Source of the DNA: the human T2T-CHM13v2.0 reference genome, Homo sapiens
Strand: one strand, 5' to 3'
Assembly (NCBI RefSeq): GCF_009914755.1
Contig: NC_060927.1
DNA length: 64,000 nt
This document shows, one piece after another, positions 1-14,372 of the stretch; position 1 is the stretch's first letter; the number at the start of each line of letters is the position of its first letter. A model generated the notes under the pieces. It was not told where the DNA came from. It did not search any database and saw only the letters and a program-made list of their open reading frames with translations. The position numbers and the translations under genes were made by a program.

Positions 1-684
1 AAAATTTACTTTGGGTCAATGACAGAAGTGTCCAGTAGGCTGACACAAGAGTAGTGACTAAGTCTCCTGGGATGGAACATGGAACTCTTACAACTCCCAT
101 GTCTCTCCTTGAGGGTAAAATTTATCCTTAGTGATCACATTCTAACTTTCTTATTTGCTAAGTCACTTCTCTGAGTTGATGGTATTAGTCATTTAAAAAG
201 TCCATGCCTGCTTTCATGCTTTGAGTCGATCCAGAATTAGAGTGATTGATTATTTTCCTTTTCCTCTTTTTTTTTTCTTGTTGAAGTCTCTTGAAACTTC
301 TTAATTCCAGCCAAGGCGCTCATTACTTTCGAGGTTGCTCTCTGAGCTGCATTTGACAGAGGGATGATTGTCTGGCTTGGCTTTTCATTCATTTCTGGGC
401 TCACCCAACTATGAATCGACGGGCATAGCCTGTTCTTCTAAATGTGAAATGAGATGACTCACTCTTATTTTTCTGGGTTGTTGCAGGTGAGGCCGCATCT
501 GCCTTTTCAAACTTTGATAAGTAAATACCAAGAGATATAAGAGAAAATCAGTGAGAGATTGGATACCTTTAGTGACAGAATAATTGCTGCATTATATCAT
601 AGTACTGACTATCAAATTTAGATAATCTTGACTTTACTCAAGCCACTGAACACCAAGCAGAGTGTCATCATTTAAGTCAGCTTT

Positions 685-963
685 CTTTCTTTCTTTTTTT
701 GAGATGGAGTCTCGCTCTGTTGCCCAGGCTGGAGTTTCAGTGGCACCATCTTGGCTACTGCAAGCTCGGCCTCCCGGGTTCACGCCATTCTCCTGCCTCA
801 GTCTCCCGAGTAGCCACCACGCCCAGCTAATTTTTTGTATTTTTTAGTAGAGACGGGGTTTCACCATGTTAGCCAGAATGGTCTCTATCTCCTGACCTTG
901 TGATCTGCCCGCCTCGGCCTCCCAGAGTGCTGGGATTATAGGCGTGAGCCACCACGCCCGGCC
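685..963 (-). mobile_element. AluY-like SINE with internal ~19-bp deletion
   Basis: Antisense Alu with Y-type features (gcaagctc, cacgccattc). TSD aagtcagcttt at 674-684 and 964-974. Confidence 0.92.
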
Positions 964-1029
964 AAGTCAGCTTTTCAATGAAGCATAATTTGCAAATAAA
1001 GTACCTGCAGAGAGATAGCCCAATGCTTC

Positions 1030-1165
1030 CCAAATTTTCATGTGTACAGTAATTACGTGGGAACTTCTTAAAATGTGTTTTGATGCAGTAGATCTAGGAT
1101 GGGGCCAGGGATTTGGCATTTCTAACAAGTTTTCCAGGGATGCTACTGGTATCACACATTGAAGA
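1030..1165. mobile_element. MER5A-like hAT DNA transposon relic
   Basis: cagtagatctaggatggggcc...gcatttctaacaagttttccagggatgct resembles the MER5A core. Confidence 0.65.
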
Positions 1166-1709
1166 GGAGGGGAAGTTGAAGAGACAGGTCCTGTTCTTAT
1201 CAAAGCCTCATTCTTTATACAAAACACTTTCAGATGATGTGCTCTCTTTGACAAAGAGTAATAACCAGGCTGCGCCTGTGAAAATTGATGAAAAAATTGC
1301 AATCAGGGGAAAGTGTGATCTGTTCTGTGTTTTTCAATCTACAGTATTTTTACAAAGTGCCACCTCTAGGTCATTGTGAGTTTGCATAATTTAGGCAGCT
1401 TCAAGTCTAAGATTGCATCTACACTGACAATAAACAAGGAAATAATAGATCATACTGCATTTGAGTGGTGACATGGACATGACTGCAACAAATTACCTGA
1501 AAAAAGGATTGTTAACTGTAAGAGGACAGCTGTATGCGGATCTGCAGACAATTAAGGATCTGGGGTGGTATCAGGTGCTAACTTCCTAATGATTTTGCAC
1601 AATGCATTGGGAGTTTCAGGAAATGCTGATGTGGATATTGGGAACTTAACTTTACAAATATATTCTTATGTTAAAAATGGGAGGTGGAAGTAAATATGTA
1701 TGTGTATAT

Positions 1710-2110
1710 CGATTAATAACAGCCATATGTATGCTGCCAAACACTTTGCAAATACTAACTTATTTTATCTTCATAACAATCCTATGAAGTAGGTACTATT
1801 ATTGTCTTCACTGAATAAAGAAACTGAATCACAAAAAGGTTAAGTACGTTCCCTAAATCAGCAGAGCTCAGATTTTGAATCAGGGCAGCATTCTTACCAT
1901 GCTCACATATGAAACTCACACACTCAAATACTCATGTGATTTAAATTCAGATTCTTCCATTTGCATTTGTCCTTGAATAAGTCCTTTCATCTCTCCAACC
2001 CAGTTCCACCATCTGCAAGGTGGGCCTAAGATGCCCTGGCAACCTCTCAGGATTTTTGGAAAGTTTAAATAAGATAATACATATGAAAGTTTATAAGTGA
2101 TATACAGATA
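1710..2110. mobile_element. MIR fragments
   Basis: MIR core-like text (cataacaatcctatgaagtaggtactatt...gaaactga...ggttaagta), followed by an oppositely oriented MIR-like piece. Confidence 0.6.
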
Positions 2111-3339
2111 TTAAGAGAGATTTAAGAATTCAATGGAAACTCATAAATAGTGGCATTTGATTACCATGGAGATAATTTGAATAGTATTTTGTAAATATCC
2201 ACTTTATATTTCTTTAGTCTCTATTTCTATATTTTTCCTACTTCTTTAGGAAGAACTGGTTTTGCCTGGGACACACACATGAAAAACAATACAAAAAAAA
2301 CCCTCTCTTCTTGGATTTGCTTTGTTTAGGTTTTCTGAAAATAGAATGTTCTACAGAGGCTAAAAACCAATGGAAGATCCATCAGCTGATTTCATTCATT
2401 CCTAGGTTCTGAGAAATTATCCCCTGTAGAGTCTTCTCTGAAGTGTTAGCCCATCTGGGTTGAAATGATTCTCTAACGCCTCCTGTATTTAGCTCTTTCT
2501 TTTGGAAAGGTGTTTCATGAGGAAAGTAATTTCACCATAGAATTGTGCTCTCAGATGTAGCCCATAATTTTTCTTGTTGGCTTGCCTTATCCCAGCAAAT
2601 TTCTCATTCTGCAAAAACCCTCACTTTGCTTAGAGTTTTAATCTTCCAGCTGCACACATTTTTCTCCCTCCGAGTTTTAGTAGGAGAAAATATAGGGCTC
2701 CCTTCATAATTATATTACTCCATCCCTCCTCAGTCTAAGATTTCAGAGGACCTGATAATACAGAATTGTGATTAGGAAGGATTGTAGGGGGTTTGCTTGT
2801 GTTGCTGTGTCTGGTTCCCGGATGCAGGTAGTAGAGTTGCCCCTTAATTACAGATTCTCTTTTCTCTGTCAGAAAGGCATGGTAGAAGAGCAAGTAAATT
2901 TTAAGCCAGAACTTTATTCTATTTCATTTCATTTAGCCAGATCAAAATTTGTTTCCTTTTAGGCTACACATGATGATAAGTCTTTTAGAGTAAATGTTAG
3001 GGTTAGATATAATTAAGTCTCTTAAATAAATTATCAAATGCAAACTAGAACAAAGATTAAGTGATTTTTTTCTGTGTAAACAGGTAACATTTTAAAGCTG
3101 ATTTAATAAAAGGAGAACCATCAAACATCATCATTTTCCTTCAACTGTGGCTTCTAAGATAGGGTTCATTTAGGTTTTTGAAGTGGCCAGTATAAGATAC
3201 TTGAGTAGTCAGTACGTGCCTGTGTCTTCCAGAGCATTGCTTGCTTTCCCTGGTATTGTTCTAGGGCAAATGTTGACAAAGGAAAATGGTCTTCTGACAT
3301 ATCTAGATGTATATTACTGATGTAAAAAAAATCAAGACA

Positions 3340-3545
3340 CTATAGAATAATGGTCAAAGATGTAGACCTTGAGGTCAGAGAGCACTCAGTCCAAATTCTG
3401 CTTTTTTCATTTCTGAGCTGCATGATTGAGTTACCTATTTTGCCCAAACCTATTTCCTTATTTTTACAATGGAGATAATAAGAATACATACCATGGGACT
3501 GTGGTGGGAATTATACAATCATGCTATGTGGCATATGGTAAATAT
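3340..3545 (+). mobile_element. MIR
   Basis: aaacctatttccttatttttacaatggagataataagaatac matches the MIR core. Confidence 0.55.
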
Positions 3546-5162
3546 ATTTTAAAATAATACAAATTATCCATGTAAGAGTTACTTTTTAGATACTCTTGAC
3601 CATTATTAATGTGTGATCATAATAGCTTCAAAAAATTTTCTTAGATATTTGAACAATTTGAAAAACATCCTGAATAGATTGTGTCAAATCAGCCAATAGA
3701 AGTGCTGACCCCAGGGGTATGTACATCAGTGACTGAAATCTCCCCTAACACTTGCACACACACATATTGGCTTCTGTTTAGGGGAAGGTCTTGTTCAAAG
3801 GGAATACAAAGTGTTATGGCTCCCAATGTGCAGTCAAAAGGCAGATTCCTCTCTTAAGACTTGCACTGCCTACAGAAATGAAGTCTGTAGGTAGAGCAAG
3901 TACCCATACTTTATCCAAAGTTCACTATTGTTTTTAGTCCATCTTGTTCCTCCATGCTTAAATTGGGAGAATGCTAATAAATCAGAGGATGACAAATGCC
4001 ACACAAAATCTTCTTCCTCACATCCAAACCTTCTTAATATTTTGGTGATTTTTATGTCTTTAGGTATGTAGTTGTCGTGAATTGTCATCATACTATATGG
4101 GTAATTGTATATCTTCCCTTTATACCCTATTTTAAAAAATGTTTCCAAGCATTATTACTAAGTCTTTATAAACATCATTTTAATGGCTACATAACATCAC
4201 ATCAAATGGATATATTATAGTTACTCTAGCCAACTTTATAGAATAAAACACTTATGTCTTCCCCATTCTTTCCTGTTATAAACAATGCTGCCATGAACAT
4301 CTTTGTGATTGCTAATGCTGCAGTGTTTATAGTAGTGGCCACACTCTCTTGAATATGACAAATTTATAAAAATCATTACAGTTAGAACTTGGTTGATGCA
4401 GTTTCCATTAATTTCCTACACTGCTTTTCTGTATTTCTTTAGATTCTACCAGCTCAGGATCAACACCCAAAGTTGGTCTCTGACACTTCTGTGCCTTTTA
4501 AAGACTGGTGGTCAGGAATTGCAGAAAGGCCCAGAATAAAGAGATGTTTTCTCAGAGTTACAGGTTCTGACCTCTGTGACTCCTCAAAAACTAGTAATCC
4601 CCTGAGTGTTCTGGGGCTCCTCTGAGAAATCTTGTTGTCCTTAACATATCACCCCAGCATTTACTTCTCTGTTCCAAAAACCAGTCATACCATTAAAGAA
4701 ATATGCATTTCCTATCTTTTAATGAAAGTCCTCCTTTACTCCTCTTGAGTTTGATAATTGAGTCATTTTTTCTGGCTATTAATGCTAACTTGTCCTATCT
4801 TATTTTTTCCTAGACCATTATAGTCAATTAAATTTATTTACTGTTCTTAGACTCTCTGCCATGCCCAACTTGTGCTCCACATTCTGAGATTTGGACAGTT
4901 TAATGCAAGAAAAATATTCTTGTTTGCTAGGACTGATATTCATCTGATATGCATGAGTATGAATATACAGTTGTTGAAATATTGAAATGTATTACTCCGG
5001 ATTAAAATTTTCTGCCACTCTGTTCCCTTAAAGTGCCCCCATTCACCCTTTAACTTCCTCCTACTCCTGCTATACCCTGGCAGCCCCAGCCCCTCCTCTG
5101 AAATCTCTCTACCGCTAAAACTACAACATTGTCCATTCTGATTGGTTGCTGTCTAAGTCATT

Positions 5163-5195
5163 GATAGATAGATAGATAGACAGACAGACAGATAA
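5163..5195. repeat. (GATA)n(GACA)n compound microsatellite
   Basis: Directly visible. Confidence 0.9.
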
Positions 5196-6299
5196 ACAGG
5201 CATGTATGTGGGATGTGTGTATGAGTGAGTTTTAACATTACCCTTGTTTTATTCAAGCTGGGATTTGAGTATGTAACAAAATTTCTTGAAGAGAGTGTGG
5301 CTACTTTGGTGGTAGGAATGTCTCTTGAGTCCTACCACTGCTTCTTCTTGTCACCTTGCCACCAACTCAGCCCACTTCTTTAGTGAACAGTCTTTTCTCG
5401 GGTTAGTGGTGGGATGATAAGGCCAATAGACATTATCATTATTTTTAGGAAGGCCTGAAATTGGTTTGTTTATTTTCCTGTTGCTAATTCTTTTATGTCA
5501 TGAGGATTTGAAGTCAAATGGAGGATGAGGAAGGAGGGATATGAGGGTTTGCAGCTGTGTTACTCAGGAGGTGCCTTCTGGGAATCAAGAGATTGAACCT
5601 TTGGGCAGAAGGGAAACCAAGTTGCTGTGCCAGATCTGCCACTCTTTCATGTTGATTCCCAGTGCATCAGATTCTAGAGGCTAGGGCTAGACTGAGTTGG
5701 GCTTTAGGCCCTCTCATGCACGATTCTAGTAAAAACTTCTTCCAAAGCATTTCCATAGGTTTCTCCTTTTTTTGTAGCCAGCTTTTAGCTTGATTGAGTT
5801 CTGTCTCTGGCAATATTTTTGTGCCAGAGTTAGGTATTGTGTTTGCTTTTGTTCATATAGTGATTTGGGGAATTCGTTTTGCAGCTTACTCTGTTGAAAG
5901 CTCACATTAATCATGTTTTTCATTCCCCCCACCCCAATACACACATGCATCTTTATTTTACTATTTGCTCTTCTAGTAAACTTTTGCATATCTCTGTGTT
6001 TAATTCTTTTAAGAGAATTTTGTTAATTACTAAAGAAATACTGAAAAATTCTATAAACTCTCCATTTAATGTAATCATGCCTAAATTGTATTTAACTGAA
6101 AGGGCATATTTATTAATTGTACCTGGTGTTTTTGTTGATTAGGCAATTCTATATCAGTACTAGTCAGAGGTGCCTTGCATTTTTCAGCACTGATAAAGCT
6201 TTCCATTGACTGTGTTGATTTGGAATATTAATTGTATCTAGCTTTCCCAAGGTAAGGGGGCGATTCTCAGTGTGGCTGTTTTAGTCCTTACTCTGAACT

Positions 6300-7080
6300 G
6301 GCAACATGGAAATGGTTATGACTAAGTTAATTGTATCACTCAAGCCAGAAATCTGGATTTGTCCTTGCCTTATTCCTCCCTGTCAATCAATACTACATTT
6401 ATTCAGTTACCATCTTGCCAGTTTGGGCTCCTACATATTTCCTGGGTTCCATATTCTCCTCCAGTTCAGAACCTTGCCATGTCTTGCTTGGATTTCTACT
6501 ATAGCCTTTGAGTTGGTCTTCCTGCCGATAAAATTGCCCCTTTTTAATTCAATCAGAGGATTTTTCTATGAACACATTTGAACATGTACTTTCATGCTTA
6601 AAACCTACCAGCACATACCTGTCACCCACCAAATAAAGCCCACACTACTTAGAAGGACATAGAAGTCTTCCTATGCTTTGGAACTTCCCAATTTTTTCAC
6701 TTTATCATCTGCCCCTCTCCAATTTGAACTAGACACCACATGAACACCAAACTATGCATGGTTCTTCTCTGTCTCTTATTCCCATGTTTTGGTCCATGAG
6801 TTTTGCTGGAATACTTCATTCACTTTTCATACCCTGACAAGTCTTCATCCACATTCAGGAGTGAGCTTGGCCCATTGCTTCTTCCAGGAGTTTTGGGTAA
6901 CATTTTTTCCTACACTGTTGAGAATTTGAGTATTGCTATATACACAATATCCTTTCAGGTGTCTGTCCCCCCACCCCCACGACTACTGCTACTACCCCTA
7001 GTTTTCTAGGGGCAGAGAAAGTCCTATTTATCTGGTTATCCCCAGCCTCTAGTGCCATGTGTGGAGTCTAGGATTATTGC
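6300..7080 (+). mobile_element. L2 LINE 3' region relic
   Basis: Diverged L2-like motifs, including tagcctttgagttggtcttcctgcc, catgcttaaaacct and a 3' end-like tctagggcagag...tccccagcctctag. Confidence 0.5.
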
Positions 7081-7139
7081 TAATGTGATGCCAGATCACC
7101 AGACTGTAAACAATAAAGTTGAGGTTTTCATGAAAGAAG

Positions 7140-7775
7140 GTATTTTTGGTTTAGTTCCCTAGAAGCAGATCCTATGCTGAAGAGTCCTATGAAATTGAAT
7201 TATTAGGAAGTGGTCCTGTGAAACACTGGTTGGGTGGTGGGGAAGTAAAGAGAAGGCCAAGAAAGGCTGTGCTATCGAGAGAGACCCACAGAGAATAATT
7301 TTGGGTCAGTTCTGTGGTGGAGTTCTAGGAGACAGTTTAGGTCTCGCCTCCGATTTGTTCCCACAAGGGGTGAGGCAGCTCTCGCATCTATCAGCATTGG
7401 TTAAGGGATGCTTTCCCTCAAAATGTAAACTCCCAGTCACTTGACTCCCCACGTGTCAGTGGGTCTGAAAATTGAGCATGTATCAGAATTACTAGAAGGC
7501 TTAATAAAATGTAGTTTGATGGGCCCCTCTTCTATAGTTTCTGATCTAGTAGGTCTGGGATAGGGTACAAGAATTTACATTTTCAGCATGTTCCTAGGTG
7601 ATATGGATGCTGCTGGTCTGTACCAGTTTAAGCAAAATGGGCTGCAGCAGCCTAAGGGCCATCCTACCATAAAGGTACGGTCAGGCTTTTGGGAGTGAAA
7701 GCAGCACTACAGAATCTGCTGTATTTGGAGATTATTAAGAAATCTAAGGGAATGTGGGCAGAGCATCCACAGCAT
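7140..7775 (-). mobile_element. LTR16-family (ERVL) LTR interrupted by MER5A (~7457-7620)
   Basis: gttccctagaagcagatcct...ttattaggaagtg resembles LTR16. The inner agtaggtctgggatagggtacaagaatttacatttt..gtgatatggatgctgctggt matches MER5A. Confidence 0.55.
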
Positions 7776-9144
7776 CTCCTTCTGAAGACTGGGCCCTGAC
7801 TAAATGCCCAGGAGGATCTGAACTACCCAGAGCAGAGTTCTGTGGCCTCATTTCTAATTCAAGGCCAGATCCCAGTTTGAAAGACTGGCTTATCTCAGGA
7901 TTTAACTTCTAAATCAAACTTCACTTTGCTTGATTGAAAAATCACATTTACTAAACTACTTCTTCCTATCGTCTTTGTTTTCTTCTTGTCCTTCTTATTG
8001 TGTTCTGCTATAAATACTTTCTGGAGGCACCATTGCTTTGTCTCGTTGATGTGTTTTTCTTCCCAGCTTACTTCCGTTTGTGTTTTCTTCTATTGTAATC
8101 TACCAAAACAACTTCAAAATATTGCCATCTAATCTGAAAAGCATGGAGTTCGGTATTGACAAGTATAGAAAAGAGAGTTGAGGCAACAAGCTATAAAAAC
8201 ATAGTGTGAAAAGTAAATAAACTGACACTAAGTTTGGCTAAATAACCAAGAAAAGACCTGGAAAAATAAATTATCTTCTTGATTTACCAGGCATTATTTG
8301 AAAACCAGTGAGAAACCTTTTGGTAATTGTTGAAATTCCAGTCAAATCTTAGGTATACTTTTTTAAGCTAAAAGAAAGTTTTCTTCACTGTATTCATCTT
8401 GGTTCTTTGTAAGAGTTCATGGAAGTCCCAAAGGCATGTGATGTTCACCAGAGTAGCTCATGTCCTGGAAAATCTGTCTAACTGGGTTCTTTGAAATAAA
8501 TATAAGAGAGCTAAAAGTTTAATGTTGTAATTACATCTGACATCATGCTCAAATGTTTGCAAAGATAATAAATCATTCAAGGATTATGAAATAGTCCTTT
8601 GACTATATCCCATCTTCATTAATTCAAATCAATTTAACAGAAACATTGAGAATGTGTTCTGTGTAAAACCAAGGGAAAGAGTGAAGGAGAGAGAACCATG
8701 GAGAAAAGAGGATTTATGTCCATAAGTTTATCGTGGGATGCCTTTGCAAGAGTACTGAGTATGATCTGGATCCTAAATTTAGTCAAATGAATTTAGAAAG
8801 ACTACAGAGAAAAAAGACGTCAAAGAAGAAAGCAGAGTAACCGCAAGGAAAAGGTGAAGACAAATAGATTATTAATAGTGGAGAAGAAAAGGAAAGGAAA
8901 ATACATGGCTGCCTTCAAATTTATGAAAGTTTATTATAAGACAATTATTTTTTTCAGCCATACCAAGACAGAAGAAGTACATGTGAAAGAATTTATCTGA
9001 TAATAGAAAATGTTAAAGATTGGGGGGATTTTAAGGGTCTTCATGGAAGGGAGGGTAATAATATTTATTAGATCTCTACTACAAGCTCAGGGCTTTGTAC
9101 CTATTATCTCAACCAATCCTGCCAACTGCTTGGCAATAGATACT

Positions 9145-9685
9145 GCTATTTTTAAATGAAATTAGAAATTTAGAATAGTTTTAGTTGTACAGAAAAGTTG
9201 TAAATATAGAACAGGGAGTTCCTATATAACCCCACCAAGTTTCCCCTGTTGTTCACATATTATTCTGGTACATTTGCCACAATTAAGACTCCAATATGGG
9301 TTACATCACTATCAATCAAACTCCAAACAATATTTGGATGTCACCAGTTTTCCCACTAATGTGCTTTTCTTTTCCAGGATCCACATTACATTTAGTTGTC
9401 ATACCACCCTTTTCTCCTCTGGTCTGTGACAGTTTCTCAATATTTCCTTGCTTTTCATGACCTTGACAGTTGTGAAGAGTCAGGTATTTTGTAGAATAGA
9501 AATTGTTGGTTCTAATAGAAATGTGTCAACTACAACACTTTCATCAAATGTAGGGATTTTAACTAAAAAGAGCGGTATTACTAACAACTAACAACTTTTG
9601 CCAGCAACAACAGTTATAACTAAGAATTAACTATTTTTTAGTGATGTCTGGGCTCCTTGAATTCTAGTAAAATGTCCCTCTGTGA
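9145..9685 (-). mobile_element. Old L1M (L1MC-like) 3' fragment with a ~170-bp interruption
   Basis: ccacattacatttagttgtcat...ttttcatgaccttgacag...caggtattttgtagaat | gtccctc. Confidence 0.65.
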
Positions 9686-9949
9686 TTTTTTTTTAAACCA
9701 TTATTAGTAAAGTCTCACTTTCAAGAAAAAAAAAAAAAAAAGCCTCAGTTGAGACTGGTATACCCAATCCCATGGCCTTTCAGCCCCTGGGAGATTTGAT
9801 GAGGATGCTAGCCTTCTAAGTGAATTTTGAAAATCACTAACACTTGATGTCCACTAACTGGACTTAGTGCATTATTAAGTTTGTTAAGGGTTCTCATTCT
9901 ATATTCTGTTAAAATGTCTGGGTTGTCATGCAAAGCTCCATACCTCCTT

Positions 9950-10460
9950 TAAGACTAGCTTTGGCTGCAAATACAGAGAGAGACCTGAAAAAAAATTGGC
10001 CTGCATTTACAGAGACTTAAAGAAAGTAACAGTTTATTCTTTTCTCACCTAGCAACAATTTAGAGTAGGCAGTCCAGAGCTAGAAAGGGAGCTACTGAAA
10101 CTATTCAGGGACTTAGGCTCCTTCCAGCTCACTGTTCTACCATCCCTAAAGTATGGCCCCCACCCAGTCTTCTGACCTGGAAGGGCTGGTGAAGCTCCTG
10201 TCATCACATCCACATTCCATGGAATTGGATAGAGCAAAAGGAGGGTGTGCCTTGTCTCTTTAAAAAAGATTTTCTGGAAATATCATATAATATTTTCTTT
10301 TTATATCTCATTGGACAAAACATGGTCACATGGGAACTTACTAAAAGAACAGACTGAGAAATATAATCTTCATTGTAGGCAGTGTTGTGCCTGGCAAAAA
10401 CAGGGTGTCTCTTGTCAAAGAAGAGGATGAGCCCGGGCATTGGGAGGCAAATACCAACCC
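9950..10460 (-). mobile_element. MLT1 (J/K-like) MaLR LTR
   Basis: Typical motifs tttattcttttctcac, ctcattggacaaaacatggtcacatgg and gactgagaaat. Confidence 0.6.
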
Positions 10461-13239
10461 TGAACATATAAATACAGATCATTGGATTACCAATTTTTTT
10501 TTACATAAAACAAACTTTATTTTATTTTATTTTTTTATTTTATTATTATTATACTTTAAGTTTTTAATGCACCATCAGTATTGAATTTTTTACTCAACAT
10601 TGTTTTGAACCTGCCATTAATTTTTGCATAAGTAATGTTTTGGACATATAATTTTCAGAGTACATGATGGGGCATTTCTGGGTTGCAGTTAGATATTATT
10701 ATAAAAAAAGTATGAGTTTGCTCTCTTTGTAATCTACACGGGGAATACAGAGTAGGTTAGTTTTCTTTTTTCCCTGCATTAACGAGCCCTGTTGAAACAA
10801 TCAGAGAGCCTTTGTTTCATGGGATGTGCTCTGAGAAATGACTAGACTTTTCCAAGGAGTAGCAAGCAAGAAAGCTATGAGGGGCCGTTAACAGAGCCAG
10901 AGCTGGTTACTTAAGGGAGTGATTGATCATGACATTAGAGAGCTTAGTGGTGCAGGATCAGAAAGATTTGGGGGCCATGAAATTGCCCAATGGGACAATG
11001 GGGGATCCATTGAAGGACTTCAAGGAGTGTGATAGGATAAATTTTGCAATGGAAATATGCTTGCTCTGGCCAGAAACTTAGTTTTTGTGGAATGCACATT
11101 TAGGTTTCCATAGTTTTCTACATCACTGTGAAGGAATAGGTCCCCCAGGAACAAGGAGAATCGACTATTAGGGGCATTTTCCAAGAATCTGGGTTTTTAA
11201 GTTTACAAAGGACTGCTAAAGCCTTTTTAATGTGGCAGCATTGAGACCTTTTGTTAACTTTTTTGCTTTGCTTTTTTGTTGTTTATTTTTACTACAAAAG
11301 GGATAAATAATTATTGTTAAAAGTTTGGAAAATACAGAAAAGCAAATAAAGCTCCCTAAACCATTTTAGCCAGCAATGAACAGTTACCATTTCAGTGTAT
11401 GATCCTCTGGCTCCTTTTCAATGCATATAGACTGCAAATTTTGCTGAATATCATGCTGGAATGCCTTCTATAAGTCTATTTTTATATTATGAGTATTTAG
11501 TAGAGAGAAAGGGTTCAGTAGTTCCTATTTGGCAGCTGAAGAACTCTGGGGAGCTATGGATTGCTTACAAGGGTCCTCAAATCCACATACTTATCAAGCA
11601 TTGTCTATAGACTGAACAAATTAATATGTCATGTACACATGTTCAACCACTAGGTAAACATGCAAAGATGCTATTCATTAAGATTAATAAATGCAAATTC
11701 ATCCAAAAGTCCTACTGAATTTAGAATAGCTTGCTGTCATTAGTTATTTTTTTCAGTCAGTGAACATTAAGGAGCTCAACTATTTTGTGGATGTTCCAAT
11801 GTATTCTTGTGTTTGTGAAGGTGAAAGCAAAAATTCGATGGGAAGATGAGTGTCGTGCAGAGCTATTGCTGTTTCCACTGTGCCATTTCTGAGCTCATGC
11901 CAGGTGTGTGCTTCTAGAACAATTCCTTCTCCTTCAGTTTTTTCATTCCTTTCATTACGATGGAGTGAACTGATTGCATTGTTGGATGGGCCTTCTTCCA
12001 TAATTGGATTAACAAATCTCAACTAGTTTTACTAGATCCAGTAAATGAAAGATTTAATTCTTCAAGCAAAAATATTGTCTAAATTTACAAGTATTTGTGA
12101 AATAAGGAGATGAATATTACCTTTTTAACCCCATGATAACCCCAAGAATCATGTAGCTGAACTCCAATTTTCACTAATTGCTTGATTTTTATTCTTTAAG
12201 ATTTACTCTGTTAGTAAAATCTGTCTTATTTGAAGAGAGCAAACCAATAAATTGGAAAATAAAAGAGGTTTCCTATTTGCCATTTAAAGAAAAAGCTATT
12301 TTATACTTCATTTATTTTCTTTCCCCAAAGTTGAATCTTACTTAATGTCATATGGTTGCCGGTGAAAGATGATTTTTTTGGATTTCCATAAGTGGCATGT
12401 GCTAACAGATACCCCTCACAGGCTGATTATTTTATTTTAGTTTATGTTGCTTTGGTTTGGTTCAGTTCAATTAGGTTCAGTTTGCTTCCTTGAGGATGGG
12501 GACTGGCTCCCAGGTGAGAGTCCTCCTTATCCACACCATTACATTCCAATGTTCATCACATTTTCTTGAGCTTGATAATATGCTACTTCCCCTTCCTCCA
12601 CCTTGCTCTGCTTTTTCAACTTATTGGTATTAATATTCCTGATGTTTTCTGGACCTGACTGGGTCTATTATCAGTTTAGAGCTCCATGCTAATCACTTTT
12701 TTTCTTTTGTCTCACTCATTTTTATCCTGTGTGTGCTGTTAATTAATCTACTTCTTTCATCACAGAAGAAATGAGGGTGATTTAGGAAAGGATGTGCATT
12801 TCTTGGTAGATGCTCAGTTTCAAAGAGAAGTCATTTCCTCACTTTGCCTTGCAGAAATGAGAGAGAGATGAAGCAGTCTCCTAGAATACAGACAGACACA
12901 TTAGTAGTATGTTTCCAAAAATAACTGAAGGGATTTAGTTTTGTGTCCTAATCCCTTCTTCTTACCCCATTGCATGCTAGAAGATCATAATAGATTATAC
13001 AGTGAAATGTTCATTGTGTTATGATTCCGAGGGCTTCATTTCTTGTTCATTCTACCACTTATATCTTCGGGGAAATTATTTCTTCTTTCTGAGCACCGGG
13101 TTTTTTAATCTACAAAATGGAGCTAAGGATATTACTAGGTTGTTTGGGAATCCCATGAAATACCACATGCTCTATAAAAATGTCAGTAATTATTACTACA
13201 TCAAGGGTTTTATTAAGCTGGAGGCAAAGAAACATTTGT

Positions 13240-13470
13240 TTCATTATTGTGGAAAGAAGTAGTGAGTCCACATATGAATCTCATTTTACTAGTTAACTGT
13301 GTGACCTTGAACAAGTTCCTTAACCTCTGTGTGTCTCAATTTCCCCAAGTATAATATAGAGATAATTATAGCTACTACTTCAATAGATTAGGAAAATGGA
13401 AAGCAATAATCTACATGAAAAGTTCAATCTGGTATTGGGGACATAATAAAAGCTCAATAACTATTAATGG
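13240..13470 (+). mobile_element. MIR
   Basis: ctgtgtgaccttgaacaagttccttaacctctgtgtgtctcaatttcc is the MIR core. Confidence 0.7.
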
Positions 13471-13532
13471 TTTTATTATCACATACAAAGAACTATCAAG
13501 GAGAATTCTGGTGCTTTAGTTCTTTTATTTAA

Positions 13533-14372
<840 letters not shown>

